A DNA stretch of 63,086 nt from Chiloscyllium plagiosum (lineage: Eukaryota): positions 6,255,829-6,318,914 of the forward strand of contig NC_057758.1 in NCBI RefSeq assembly GCF_004010195.1, written 5' to 3'. The position numbers and the translations under genes were made by a program. Of this stretch, positions 25,449 to 37,900 are shown in pieces (the first letter of the stretch is position 1; every line of letters starts with the position of its first letter). The notes under the pieces were generated by a model. That model did not search any database, had not been told where the DNA came from, and saw only the letters and a list, made by a program, of their open reading frames with translations.

Positions 25449-25755
25449 GTGTAAAGCAGTCATTTGGCCCAGCAAGTCCACACCGACTCTCTGAAGTGTA
25501 TCGCAACTAGATTTGTTTTGCTACTCGATATTTACCAAACCTAATGCAAATAATCTACATATCCGTGAATATCATAGTCAATATAGCATGGCTAATTCAC
25601 CCAAAGTGCAACATACCAGGACTGTGGGAGGAAAGCAGAGCACCCAGACGGGATACACACAAACGCATGGACATTGCGTTTCACACAAGTTCACGCAATA
25701 TTCACACTGGTGCACTATAAGGCACCAGTACGAATCACTGAGCCACCACGCCGCA
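25449..25755 (-). mobile_element. Decayed HE1-like V-SINE
   Basis: CATGGCTAATTCACC..GGACTGTGGGAGGAAAGCAGAGCACCCAG and CACTGAGCCACCACGCCGC are the reverse complement of the V-domain and tRNA head. Confidence 0.72.
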
Positions 25756-25839
25756 CTGTTGCGTTTACATGTATCTGTTGCCCGTGTAAATCTCGATGTT
25801 AATGATCGTGAGATTGCTTGGTCTTACAGTGGAGATAGT

Positions 25840-26729
25840 GTTGTAGTTCTGTTCGCCGAGCTGGAAGTTTTTGTTGCAAACGTTTTGTCCCCTGGCTAGG
25901 CGACATCATCAGTGCTTGGGAGCCTCCTGCGAAGTGCTTCTCTGATGTTTCCTCCGGTGTTTTTAGTGGTCTGTCCCTGCCGCTTCCGGTTGTCAGTTTC
26001 AGCTGTCCGCTGTAGTGGTTGGTATATTGGGTCCAGGTCGATGTGTTTGTTGATGGAGTATGTGGATGAATGCCATGCCTCTCGGAATTCCCTGGCTGTT
26101 CTCTGTCTGGTTTGCCCATGATAGTAGTGTTGTCCCAGTCGAATTCATGTTGCTTGTTGTCTGCGTGTGTGGCTACTAAGGATAGCTGGTCGTGTCTAGT
26201 TGATGTTCAAGTATGCGGATTGTTTGCTGTCTTCCTGTTTGTCCTATACAGTGTTTTGTGCAGTCCTTGCATGGTATTTGGTACACTACATTCGTCTTGC
26301 TCATGTTGGGTATAGGTCCTTCGTTCTGGTGAGTTGTTGTCTGAGCGTGGCTGTTGGTTTGTGTGCCGTTATGAGTCCTAGGGGTCGCAGTAGTCTGGCT
26401 GTCAGTTCCGAGATGCTCCTGATGTATGGTAGTGTGGCTAGTCCTTTTGGTTGTGGTATGTCCTCGTTCCGTGGTCTTTCTCTTAGGCATCTGTTGATGA
26501 AGTTGTGCGGGTATCCGTTTTTGGCGAATACCTTGTATATGTGTTCCTCTTCTTATTTTTGCAGTTCTGGTGTACTGCAGTGTGTTGTGGCCCTTTTGAA
26601 TAGTATCCTGATGCAGCTTCGTTTGTGTGTGTTGGGGTGGTTACTTTCATACGATACGTTTGCAACAAAAACGTCCAGCTCGGCGAACAGAACCACAACA
26701 ACGAGCTACAAATCTTCGCACAAACTTTG
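25840..26729 (-). mobile_element. Penelope-like element with inverted terminal repeat and 12-bp TSD
   Basis: The minus strand reads MSKTNVVYQIPCKDCTKHCIGQTGR..RILEHQ (GIY-YIG) and EAWHSS. 25840-25882 is the reverse complement of 26655-26700. The TSD AGTGGAGATAGT is at 25828-25839 and 26730-26741. Confidence 0.9.
25878..25912 (-). ncRNA. Minimal hammerhead ribozyme-like core in a pLTR (degenerate)
   Basis: The minus strand reads CTGATGA-T-GTCGCC-TAGCCA-GGGGAC-AAAACGTTT, with GAAA changed to AAAA. Confidence 0.55.
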
Positions 26730-27109
26730 AGTGGAGATAGTACTCACTGCTGCCTTAGATGAGAGGATCTGTGTGAATGTAGTGCCAGTTAAGGAAGAAG
26801 CGTTAAGAAGTACAGAGGAGTCTCTGTTTTGTTGGGTTTGAACAAATTCAGACAAGTAGTGAGAATCCCGTTGCACTCATGACAACTTTTGCCTTGTAGA
26901 TCGTGAACAGAATTTGAGAAGGATTCAGGAGGGAAGGCATTCTCTGCAACGTTCCTCGACACCAACCTGCTGTTGTTATTCTTCATGATAGAGGACTCTT
27001 GAGGCAGTAATGTCAAGACTATTTAAAATTACTACTATGGAATCAAGATTTAAGGGATAAGGCAGAGCAGTGACATCTGAACGATCTAATTTGCAGAAAA
27101 ATAGAGCGT

Positions 27110-28247
27110 AAACGAAGGGAAGATGATGACGCAAAGGACGCCCACTTCCATGGCAGAACACACCAGAAGGCCTCCTTCTTTAAAGACCGTAATATCATGT
27201 CCCACTGGTTGAAGATGCCCTCCAACGCATCTCATCCACGTCCCACACTCCGTGCTCAATCTCCACCCTTCCAACAACAACAAGGACAGGATCCCCTGGT
27301 CCTCACCTTCCACGCCCACCAACATCCACATAAACCGCATCACTTGCCGACTTTCCCTTCACCTACAATCGGACCCCACCACCAGGATATATTTCCTTCC
27401 CGACCCCTATCCGCTTTCTGCAAAGGCCATTCCCTCCGTGATATTAGGTCCATGTCTTCCAACAAACCATCTTCCCCTCCTGCTACCTTCCCCTTCCACC
27501 GCAGGAATTGCAAAAGCTGCGGCCACACCACCCTCTCATCTCCATCCAAGGCCGCAAAGGAGACTTCTACATCCATCAAAGTTTCACCTGCACTTCCACA
27601 AAGGTCATTTATTGCATCCATTGCTTCCGCTGTAGTCTCCTTTACATTGGGGAGACTGGATGCCTTCTCACAGAGCGTTTCAGGGAACATCTCCAGGACA
27701 CCTGCAGCAATCAAACCCACCACCCCATTGCCAAACATTTCAATTCGACCTTCCACTCTACAGAGGAAATGCAGGTCGTCGGCCTCCTCCACCGCGCCTC
27801 GCTCACCACCCAATGCCTGAAGGAAGAACAACTTAACATTCGCCTCAGTACCCTTAAAACCCAGGGCATCAATCTGAATTTCACCAGTTTCCTCAATTCC
27901 CTTTCCACACAGTCCCCAGTTCAAAACCTTCAGCTCAGCACCATCCTCTTGACCTCTCCCACCTGTCAATCTTTCTTCCCCCCTCTCTGCTCCACCGTCC
28001 TCTCCGACATATTTCATTTACCCCTTACTCCATCCACTTATTGCACCCTCAACTAGCTTCGCCCCAGCCACACACCCTCCCATTTATCTCTTCATAATCG
28101 AGGCTTTCAGCCTCATTCCTGACGAAGGGCTCCTGCCAGAAACGTATATTTTCCAGCTCCTCGGATGCGACATGACCTACTATTCTTATTCAGCACCACT
28201 CTCATCTTGTCTCTAATCACCAGCAAATGCAGTCCTCACTTTTGCCA
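27110..28247 (+). mobile_element. Penelope-like element, 3' part with pLTR
   Basis: NKDRIP(LVLTFH), FTCTSTKVIYCIHCFRCSLLYIGETGCLLTERFREHL..HPIAKHFNS..EEQLNIRLSTLKTQGINLNF (GIY-YIG). The pLTR is at about 28100-28247. Confidence 0.9.
28119..28145 (+). ncRNA. Minimal hammerhead ribozyme core in a pLTR
   Basis: CTGACGA-A-GGGC-TCCT-GCCA-GAAAC-GTA. Both catalytic boxes are intact; stem II has one mismatch. Confidence 0.62.
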
Positions 28248-28669
28248 CAAGTGTAGAGTCACCAAGTCTGAAACTCCAAACTGACAAAATATAATTTGAG
28301 GGTATATGAGGTTCTGCGGTTATTGGAAGATGGAATAGAGGAACTGCATTCTATTTAAATAGAGAACTCCATGGGTCAAATGTCACTCCTTAGTAGCGAA
28401 TTAATTTCCAACTCTCTGCTTTCAAATTCTGCCCATGAATTAATCTCTAGTCATCGCATTTGATTCTGTTCGCCCCCCCGTCAACTCTAGTCACAGCTTC
28501 ATAGTGATGCACTGCTTTGTTAACCGCACTTTCTACTCCCTGAACCCTGGATGACGTACTGAAAGGCGATTTCCCTTTTACAATGCATTTTTTAAATTTT
28601 TCAACATGTGTGTCCTGCGTCAATAATTAACACAGATCAATTAGTAAAAAGGGAAGGAATTGCGAATAT

Positions 28670-28782
28670 CATAAATCAGAAACTTTAATAAAAGCTTTTT
28701 GAAAAGCTGAGCAGGCTTGACAACATCTTTGAAGAGAAATCATAGTTAACATTTCAGGTCCAGTGATCCGGACTCAGAACAA
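28670..28782 (-). mobile_element. Decayed PLE-derived terminal-repeat fragment
   Basis: The minus strand reads GTTCTGAGTCC-GGATCACTGGACC-TGAAATGTTAAC..AGATGTTGTCAAGCCTGCTCAGCTTTTC, with the same layout as the other pLTRs. Confidence 0.5.
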
Positions 28783-28864
28783 GTTTTCACAAATCCACAT
28801 TCGAACTGAGATTATATTATCTAGCCTGAAGTACTCTCACCGTGTTTATTTCCCTTCCTCACAG

Positions 28865-29763
28865 TGAACGTGATCACAATTAGGATCCTGAGTCACGGAG
28901 GGTGCGGTCTCTCGAATTGCATCACAACTTACCTGATCGCCATGGCAGCTTCAGATCTCCTGGTGATTATTCTCGATCTGATTTTGAGGCACTTGCCGAC
29001 CTTTTATCCAAGAACATTTTATTCATTGCTGGAATTGCCCATATGTAACATCCATGCTGTTCTGCTTTATGCAGTCACTGACTGCTCTGTGTGGTTTACG
29101 GTCGCATTTACCTTTGATCGATTTGTGGCGATTTGTTGCCAGAAACTTAGAAATAAGTATTGCGTTGAGAAAACAGCGACCATAGTTCTGGGAACTGTAA
29201 CTGCGGTGAGCATCTTAAAGAATATTTTCTGGTACTTTGCCTTAACGGGTAAGTATCAACACATGAATTTCCCGTGGTTTTGTGTTGCAACGGATGATGT
29301 TCAGATGTCCCCTGTCTGGGTAACAGTGGAGTTCCTGCACAACATAATAACACCATGTATTCCATTTCTGCTGATATTACTGTTCAACACCTTCACAGTC
29401 AGAAACATCTTAGTGAGCAGCAAATCCCGCAGGCGACTCCGCTCTTCCAGCAACAATGAAAGTCACAAAGACACAGAGATGGAGAGTCGGTGGAGATCCA
29501 TCATTTTGCTCCTGGCAATTTCCGCAAACTTTATCTTGTTATGGTCAACTTTAATGATTGTTTCGATTTGGAGGCGGCTGTTTAATCTCGGCTTTAGATC
29601 TGTGTTAATTCATGATTATGTACAAGAACTGGGTTTCATGTTGCAGCTCCTGAGCTGCTGCACGAACACTTGTGTCTATGTCGTGACCCAGAGTAAGTTC
29701 AGAGAGCAGCTAAAGATTATGCTGAAATATCGCTTCACCCTCATTCTTCAATGTTTGCGATGA
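28865..29763 (+). CDS. GPR139/GPR142-like class A GPCR, gene A, exon 2 (TM1-TM7 and C-tail); spliced product 375 aa
   Basis: Pyrimidine tract and CACAG acceptor; the join gives GIS-V-NVITI. Motifs: AMAASDLL (TM2), PICNIH (TM3 Cys), FTFDRFVAIC (DRY-like), PWFC (ECL2 Cys), TPCIPF (TM5), NFILLW (TM6), SCCTNTCVY (TM7), KFREQLK (helix 8). No internal stop codons. Confidence 0.92.
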
Positions 29764-30149
29764 GGACAGACAAACATTTATAGAGAGGTGCCAGTGTTTA
29801 GCAATGTTTTTTGATAACTGCTGATGCACCTAAAATCTTTAACATCATTTATAAACTTTTCAAACATTTTGTAGTTTTTTTTTAAATCAACTACAATCTT
29901 AACGTCATTTTTTACATAACAGCGTAAGCACAATGCAATTGTAAAGCTATTCCGGCCCTTGAACCTGTTCCACCATTTAATATGATCAAGGCTGATCACA
30001 TCTAGGCCTCAATTCCATTATTTTGCCTGATGTAAACAACCTTTCAATCCATTTTTGTTCACACGTTTACACATGCACACTTCAATTTACTCACTGTTTT
30101 GTCTTTCACCATATTCAAGCAGGACGAAATCCACAAAAAAAAAACACAA

Positions 30150-33100
30150 TAGAATATAGAACGTATATTACAGTGCAGTGCAGGCCCTATGACCCTCGAT
30201 GTTGTGCCGAACTTTCAAACCAACCTGAAGACTATCTATATGGCATTGTTATATTTTCATCCATTTGTTTATCGAATGGCCATTTAAATGCCTTTAAAGT
30301 TGGTGGAGTCTATTCTTGCAAACAGGGCTTTCTACGCCCTTACTAATGCCTAAGTTAAGAAGCTACGTTTGATATCGGTCCTATGTATCACCCGTTAATT
30401 TATAGCTGTGTCACCTCGTGCTCGCTATCACCATCTGATGAAAAAGGCTCTCACTGCTCACCGTGTCTAACTGCCTGATTATCTTCTATGTCTCAATTAA
30501 GTCACGTCTCACCCTTCCTCTCTCAGCGACAAGTACTCAGACTTTCGTCACAAGATGTACCCTTCTTACCAGGCAACATGCCACTAAATCTCTTCTGAAC
30601 TCTTTCTTACTCATCCATATCCTTCGTATAATGTGATGACCAGATTTATCCAAGTCCATCGGCACCAGAGTTTTTTACAGTTGCAGAATATTCTCTTGGG
30701 TCCTAAACTCAATCCCTCAAACAATAAAGCTAACGCACTTAATGCAGTCTTTACAAAACTAACAACCTGGGTGGCAACTTTCAAAGGTCTGTGTACACGG
30801 AGAACGCAATCGCTCCGTTCGTCCACACTTCCAATAATCTTACCTTTAGCCCAGTATTATTTACTCCTGCTGCTCGTTCCAACGTGATTCACCTCACACT
30901 TTACCGCATTAAACTCCCCTGCCACCTCCAGTCCAGCTCTACAGCTTATCTATGTCCCCGTCTAACCTGAAACACCCTTCAGCATGATGTAAAACTCCAC
31001 TGGCATCAGTGTTATCTGAAAATTTACTAATCCATCATTCCTCGCCCTCGTTGAGGTCATTTGGGAAATGGCAGATAGGAAAGGCACCAAAGCAGATCCT
31101 TGTGGTACACTACTGGGCGGCGCGGTGGCACAGTGGTTAGCACTGTTGCCTCACAGCGCCAGAGACCCGGGTTCAATTCCCGCCTCAGGCGACTGACTGT
31201 GCAGAGTTTGCACGTTCTCCCCGTGTCTGCGTGGGTTTCCTCCGGGCGCTCCGGTTTCCTCCCACACTCCTAAAGATGTGCAGGTCAGGTGAATTGGCCA
31301 TGCTAAATTGCCCGTAGTGTTAGTTAAGGGGGTAGATGTAGGGGTATGGGTGGGTTGCACTTCGGCGGGGCGGTGTGGACTTGTTGGCGGCCTGTTTCCA
31401 CATTGCAAGTAATCTCACTTCTATTAACTGAACTTCGAAATTCACGTTTCCCATCAACCACCACGCTGTGTTCTTTCAGGAGCCCATATCGGATCCAAAC
31501 AGCTAAATCATCCTGAATCATATGCCTCCGTATTTGTTCAATAATCTACCGTGGGGAAACTTATCAAACGCCTATACAGGACAATAAAAGCTTCACCCTC
31601 TTGCACCCGTTTGTTCACCAATTTAAAGAACTGAATTACATACGTGAGGTACGAAATTGCCTTCGTAAACATGTGTTGACTATCCCAAATCAACCAATTT
31701 ATCTCGAGATGAGTATATACCATAACTATTATAACTTTTTCCAACGCTTTACCCACAACTGAACTACGTTTCACTGGTCTATCATGACCAGGGTTGTCTC
31801 TTCTTGAACAAGTTAGCACCATTTGCTATCCTCCAACCTACTGGCTGTATACCTGTCGAGAATGACGACATAAAGATCAAAACCAATCTCCTCCCTGGAA
31901 TCCCAGAGATTCCTATGATATATCCCATCCATTCCAAGGGATCTATAGGTTTTCAAACTCTCTAGATTTGCTTACACCTCCTCCATGTGAAATTCAATCC
32001 CGTCTCGGAGAGTAGCCTGTACCATAGTGTTCTCCTCTACAACATTGTCTTTTTCGTTTTTGAATTCTGAGTTAAAATATTCATTTATCGCTTCCCCCAT
32101 CTCCTCGGACTCCACGCACAAAGTCCCACTACTAGCTTCATTGGCCTAAAGATTTCTCAAGTGATTATTTTATTCCTGATTTACCCACAGTGAAGTTTAG
32201 TGTTGTCCTTGATCCTGTCTGCCAATGACTTCTTATGTCCACTCCTGGCTCGTCTTAGCTCTCGCTTTAGTTCGCTCTTGGGGAACTTTTAACTCTTAAG
32301 CACCCTTACTATGCCTTTGCGTCTCATCCTAACATATGTCTGCCTCTTCCTCTTAACAAGAGATTCAACTTCTTTAGTAAACTTTGGCTCCCTTGGTCGA
32401 CTACTTTCTCCCGCCTAACAGGCACATACCTATCAAGGACACGCTGGAGCGGATCCTTGAAAGAGCTTCACATCTCAATGGTGCCCATTCCCTGCGGTTT
32501 ACTTCCCACCTGTACATCATAAATCGTTGCCTAATCGCATCTTAATTGCCTTTATCTCAGCAAGAACTCATGCCCTGTTTTATTTTCCTATCCATCTCCA
32601 TGTCTGAAGTTAACACAATCGAATTGTGGTCACTATCACTGCAGTGCTCACCAACCGCCAAATCGAATACCTGACCTGGCTTATTACCCTGTACCAAATT
32701 CAATGTGGCTTCACCCCTTGTTAGCTTATCTGCATGCTTTGTCAGGAAACCATGTTTCACGCAACGGACCCACTTAAAGTACTCGAACTGCATTTTTTCC
32801 AGTCAATATTTGTAAATTTAATGTCCTCCATGACAATCACCCTGTCACTGTCTCTCCTCTCCAGAATTATCTTTGCTATCCTTTCTTTTACATCTGTGGA
32901 AGTATTCCGAGGCCTGGAGAAAACTTTTGACCCCTCCTTTCCTGTTTGTAAACTCAGCCCATACTACTTCAGTCGATGAGTCCTCAAACGTCCTCATTGC
33001 CACTGTAGTCCTCTCCTTGGTGGACAATGCTGCATCATCCCCTCTTTTACCATCTTCTCTGCTTTTACTGAAACCTCTTAATACCGGAACCTAAAACAAT

Positions 33101-34135
33101 CATTCCTGTCTCGGCTCGATCCATGTCTACGAAATGGCCACATCATCGAACTCACAGATACCAAGCAATTCTGCCATTCCCCGTTTTTTGGATCTTCCAC
33201 ATGTTGAAGTAGACACAGTTCAAACCACCTTCATGCTTGCTTTTGCACTCTTGCGACCTTGAAACCTCATGTATGACCTCAAATCTCACAAACTCCTGGA
33301 TGCTGGAACTAAAACTTAGGTTTCTCTTACGCTGCCAGAATAGTTTTCTCCCTTGCGAAGTACATGAGAAACGTTCACCCCCAGGATATTTGTGCACCAT
33401 TAGTTCATGTGCAGACTATCCTGTTTTTAGAGATCCCACATTCCCCAGAATGAACCCCAATTTTCCAAGTATCTTAAAACCTCCCTCCTGTACCATCACT
33501 GTACCACGGTTTCAGCTCCTCTCTCTCCATATTCCTCGGATCACTAGCACGTGGCACGAGCAAAAAGAAAAGAGATAACAATTCCGTTTGTTCTAGCACT
33601 AAGCTTCCACTCTACACCCCTGAATTCCTGCCATAAATGCCGATCCCTTTGCGGCTTTTGTCGTTAGTAACAATGTGGACCACGATTGGGGGTGCTCGCC
33701 CCACACGCCCCCCCTCAAGGATCTCAAATACTTGACGGAGACACCAGAAATCCTGGCACTTTGGAGGAAATACATTAAACACGAGATACTCTGGTTATCA
33801 CAGAAGCGACTATCTGTCATCTAACTATGTAATCCTCAATGAATAATGCTCTGCTCATCTCCCCCCTTCCCCTCGGAGCAACAAGGAAAGAATCTGTGCC
33901 AGAGAATTGGATTGCATGGTTTACCCCGGTAGGATCCCCACCAACAGTTTCCAAACGATATATTGTTATTGAGGGGAACGGCCCAGAGGTCACCTGCACT
34001 GTCTGAATGTTATCTTTACGTCTCCTGATTGTAATCATTTGTCTTTTTCTGGCACCTTAGGTTTGACTACCTCCCACTAACTCCTCGCAATATCGCCTTC
34101 AACCTCAGAAATAATTCGAAGTACATCCAGCTCCG
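30150..34135 (-). mobile_element. CR1 LINE, long decayed copy from ORF1 to the 3' tail
   Basis: LNCVYFN, VVWAEFTNRKG, GEHCSDSDHNSI, DNPGHDRPV and VHRPLKVATQV. ORF1 esterase-like ALFIEDYIVR at 33817-34038. Tail AGAATATAGAAC at about 30150. Confidence 0.85.
31115..31415 (+). mobile_element. Full-length HE1-like V-SINE nested in CR1
   Basis: tRNA-derived head with A box (TGGCACAGTGG) and B box (GGTTCAATTCC), V-domain and LINE-like tail. Imperfect TSD CACTACT/CACTTCT. Confidence 0.92.
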
Positions 34136-34138
34136 TGT

Positions 34139-34454
34139 GGGCGGCACGGTGGTACAGTGGTTAGCACTGCTGCCTCACAGCGCTAGAGACCCGGGTTCAA
34201 TTCACGCCTCTGGCGACTCTCTGTGTGGAGTTTGCACATTCTCCCCGTGGGTCTGCGTGGGTTTCCTTCGGGTGCTTCGGTTTCCTCCCACAATCCAAAA
34301 ATGTGCAGGTTAGGTGAATTGACCATGCTAAATTGTCCGTAGTGTTAGGTGAAGAGGTAAATGTAGGAGTATGGGTCTGGGTGGTATACGCTTCGGCGGG
34401 TGGGTGTGGACTTGTTGGGCCGAAGGGCCTGTTTCCACACTGTAAGTAATCTAA
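34139..34454 (+). mobile_element. Full-length HE1-like V-SINE
   Basis: GGGCGGCACGGTGGTACAGTGGTTAGC..GGTTCAATTC, V-domain and GTAATCTAA tail. No TSD visible. Confidence 0.92.
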
Positions 34455-35850
34455 TTGAGGACCCCTCAATCTCCTTTTTTCTAGTGCAAATAAAACTAAC
34501 CTACTCAAACTCTCTTCATAGCTAGCAGCTTCCATACCAAGCAAAATCCTCGAAAACTTTCTCTGCACCCTCTCCAAAGCATTCACATCATTTTGATAAT
34601 GTGGTGACCAGAACTATACACAGTATTCTAAACCAATGTCTTGTACAATTTGAACATGACTTGCCAGCCCTTGTACCCAATACCCCGTCAAATGAAGACA
34701 AACATACTGTATGCCTTCTTGATCACTCTGTCCACCTGTGCATCAATTTTCAGGGAACAATGGAGGTGAACACCAAGATATCTCTGCCAACCAAATTTTC
34801 CCAATTCTCTTCCATTCATTGTATCATTCGCTCTAGAATTTGCTTGCCGAAATGCATCACCTCACATTTTTTTTCTGGATTTGACTCCATGTGCCACTTT
34901 TCCACCCAACTCTCCAATCTATCTGTATTCTCCTGTATTCTCTGACAGTCCCTTATGCTTTATGATACTCCACCAATCTTCGTGTCATCTGCTAACCTGC
35001 TAATCATACCATCAGTGCCCTCTTCCAGATCTTTTATGTATATTACAAAATACAGGCGGCCACACACTGACCCTATCAAACACCACTGGTCACCTTTCTC
35101 CATTTCCAGAAACTCCGTTCAACTTCTACTCTCAGTCTTCTGTTGCTCAACCAGTTCTTTATCCACCTAACTATAGAACCCTGCACACCATATGACTTCA
35201 CTTTCTCCATTAGTCTCCAATCGGGAAACTTATCAAACGCCTCACTAAAGTCCATTTATATGACATCAACAACCTTTCCTTCATCTATCAACTTGGTCAC
35301 TTCCTCGAAGAACTCTATTAAGTTAGTAAGGCACGATCTTCCCCGCACAAACCCACGTTGCCTATCACTGATAAACCCATGTTTTCCTCAATATAAATAA
35401 ATCCAATCCCTCAGTACCCTCTCCAGCAACTTTCCTACGACCGACGTCAGGCTCACTGGTCTATAGTTACCCGGAATATCCCTACTACCCTTCTTGTACA
35501 GAGCAACAACATGAGCAACCTTCCAGTTCTCCGGCACCTCACCTGTATTTAAGGATGCCACAAAGATAACTGTCAGGGCCCAAGCTTTTTCCTCTCTCGA
35601 CTCTCTCAGCAACCTGGGATCGATCCCATCCGGTCCTGGTGATTTGTCCATCATAATACCCTCTATCCTACACAGTACATCTTTCCTACTGATGTCAACA
35701 TGTTCCAGACTAATCAAACCTCTACCTCTATTCTCAAAATTCATGATGTTCCTCTCCTCAGTGAACACTGATGCAATGCAATCAGTCAGAATCTCATCCA
35801 TTTTCTCAGGTTCGAGACGCAACCTTCCTTCGTTATCCTTTCGTGGATGA
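34455..35850 (-). mobile_element. CR1 ORF2 RT fragment
   Basis: DKSPGPDGIDPRLLRE, NWKVAHVVALYKKGSRDIPGNYRPVSLTSVVGK and ALERVQRKFSRIL. Confidence 0.9.
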
Positions 35851-36864
35851 GGTAAATATCTTAATCCGTGCTTCATCTTCCCATCAGCCCCCTGCTGGAC
35901 CCTCCCGTCTTACTACTGCTGAAACAACAGTGGAGGGCCGTGACCATCAAGGTAAGTACGCTCAATGCATTGCGAAAGAAAGTCTGGTTCATCTTGTCTA
36001 CATCTGCTCTCCTTTCTCTTAAAACTACAATCTCTCACTCTAGATTGTCCCTCCTGAAAATGCAAGACCTCCGCTTTGCCTTTGCCATAATCTTTCGCAT
36101 CAAAACCTCGTTAATTAGAACTCATTTCATTCTTCTAAACTCCTGCGAGCTGTTAGCCCTAAACTGCTCAATATGTCTCCATAAGCCAAGGACGTTACAT
36201 CTGGAATCGATCTGGGGAAATTACCCTGAACATCCGTCAATGAGGTAACATGTCTCTCAAGTGAAATGAGGAAAACCTTACACGGTATTGCAGACTTGAA
36301 AACAGCAATGCCTTGTGCAGTTGCAGCAAAAGTTCCCTTATTCTTTGTTACAGTTCTTGAACAATAACTGCAAACATTCCATTTGCAATCTTATTTCCTG
36401 TTTTTTCAGCCTCTGAGCCATATGGTCATATGATGTTTTCCAATTCAAATAATTCTCAAGAGGGAAGTGAGACGGCTCAAAAGACAAATGTTTCTTCACA
36501 AAAGAGACATGAAGACCGCAGATTTCCAAAACTCATTGATGCTAACAATCACAAAATAATGATTCATGAAAGGTAGCTGTAGTCAGGCTCCTGCCTTTTT
36601 CCCAGCACAATTGACTTCCTGATCATTCCAAACGCTATATCTTTCAGACTTGAAGACCTTGAGTGATTTGGACTGCAGTCATTGTTCAATTGTTTGAGGG
36701 TGATTGGGGAAGAGATGGAGAGGAGATGGAAAAACATTCCTGTCCTCCAGGAGAAGAGAAACAGTCTCATTATCATGTCAAGTTATAAATCGACTCTTGA
36801 AAAGTTTTCCACCTCTCGAATATCTTGTCACACAGCTTTCCTGTATTACATATTCAGATCACCT

Positions 36865-37364
36865 NNNNNNNNNNNNNNNNNNNNNNNNNNNNNNNNNNNN
36901 NNNNNNNNNNNNNNNNNNNNNNNNNNNNNNNNNNNNNNNNNNNNNNNNNNNNNNNNNNNNNNNNNNNNNNNNNNNNNNNNNNNNNNNNNNNNNNNNNNNN
37001 NNNNNNNNNNNNNNNNNNNNNNNNNNNNNNNNNNNNNNNNNNNNNNNNNNNNNNNNNNNNNNNNNNNNNNNNNNNNNNNNNNNNNNNNNNNNNNNNNNNN
37101 NNNNNNNNNNNNNNNNNNNNNNNNNNNNNNNNNNNNNNNNNNNNNNNNNNNNNNNNNNNNNNNNNNNNNNNNNNNNNNNNNNNNNNNNNNNNNNNNNNNN
37201 NNNNNNNNNNNNNNNNNNNNNNNNNNNNNNNNNNNNNNNNNNNNNNNNNNNNNNNNNNNNNNNNNNNNNNNNNNNNNNNNNNNNNNNNNNNNNNNNNNNN
37301 NNNNNNNNNNNNNNNNNNNNNNNNNNNNNNNNNNNNNNNNNNNNNNNNNNNNNNNNNNNNNNNN
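36865..37364. other. Assembly gap (500 N)
   Basis: Run of exactly 500 N, probably a placeholder length. Confidence 1.
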
Positions 37365-37900
37365 ATTCTTACTGCACTTTTAAAAGGTGCTAGTAGGACC
37401 ACATCTGGAATACAGAGGGCAAGTTGGGGCTTTTCATTGAAGGAAAGCATTCAATTAATTATAGGGGGATTAGAAGATGTTCCTTATGATGATTTGGGGT
37501 CTAAAGAATTTGTCTTATGATCAAAGGTTAATCAGGCTGTGAATTTGCCCACTGACATATAGAAGAATAAGAGGTGTTCCCACTTGAGATTACAGGATTC
37601 TTAAGGGGGTTTGACAGGGCAATTGCTGACAGTATATTTCCACTCATGGACGAGTCAATGACCGAAAACTCAAAATAAAGTGGTGACATTTGAAAACTGA
37701 GATGAGGAGAATGTGAGTTGTGGTGTCAGACATTGTTTACATATAGGGCTGAGATAGATCATAATCATTCTGAGAATTAAGAGTGTTAGAGAAAATATAG
37801 AAAAGCGTATATGAAGAATTTTGGAACGGCTCTGGCCCTGTTGAATTTCAGAACAATGGTGAGGTCTCCACAGGCGTGCTTTTCGCCTTATACACTGTGG
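37365..37900 (+). mobile_element. Decayed CR1 3' fragment
   Basis: CTAGTAGGACCACATCTGGAATAC (LVGPHLEY) and ATTCTTAAGGGGGTTTGACAGG. Confidence 0.6.

Noticed and set aside
28865..29763. Assigning the gene symbol GPR139 or GPR142
   Set aside because: The motifs place it near that family, but it is divergent and multicopy; orthology cannot be claimed without a phylogeny.
31115..31190. tRNA-like sequence with A and B boxes (also at 34139)
   Set aside because: Head of a tRNA-derived V-SINE, not a tRNA gene.
36682..37520. Four long ORFs in the track
   Set aside because: Artefacts of translating the 500-N gap.
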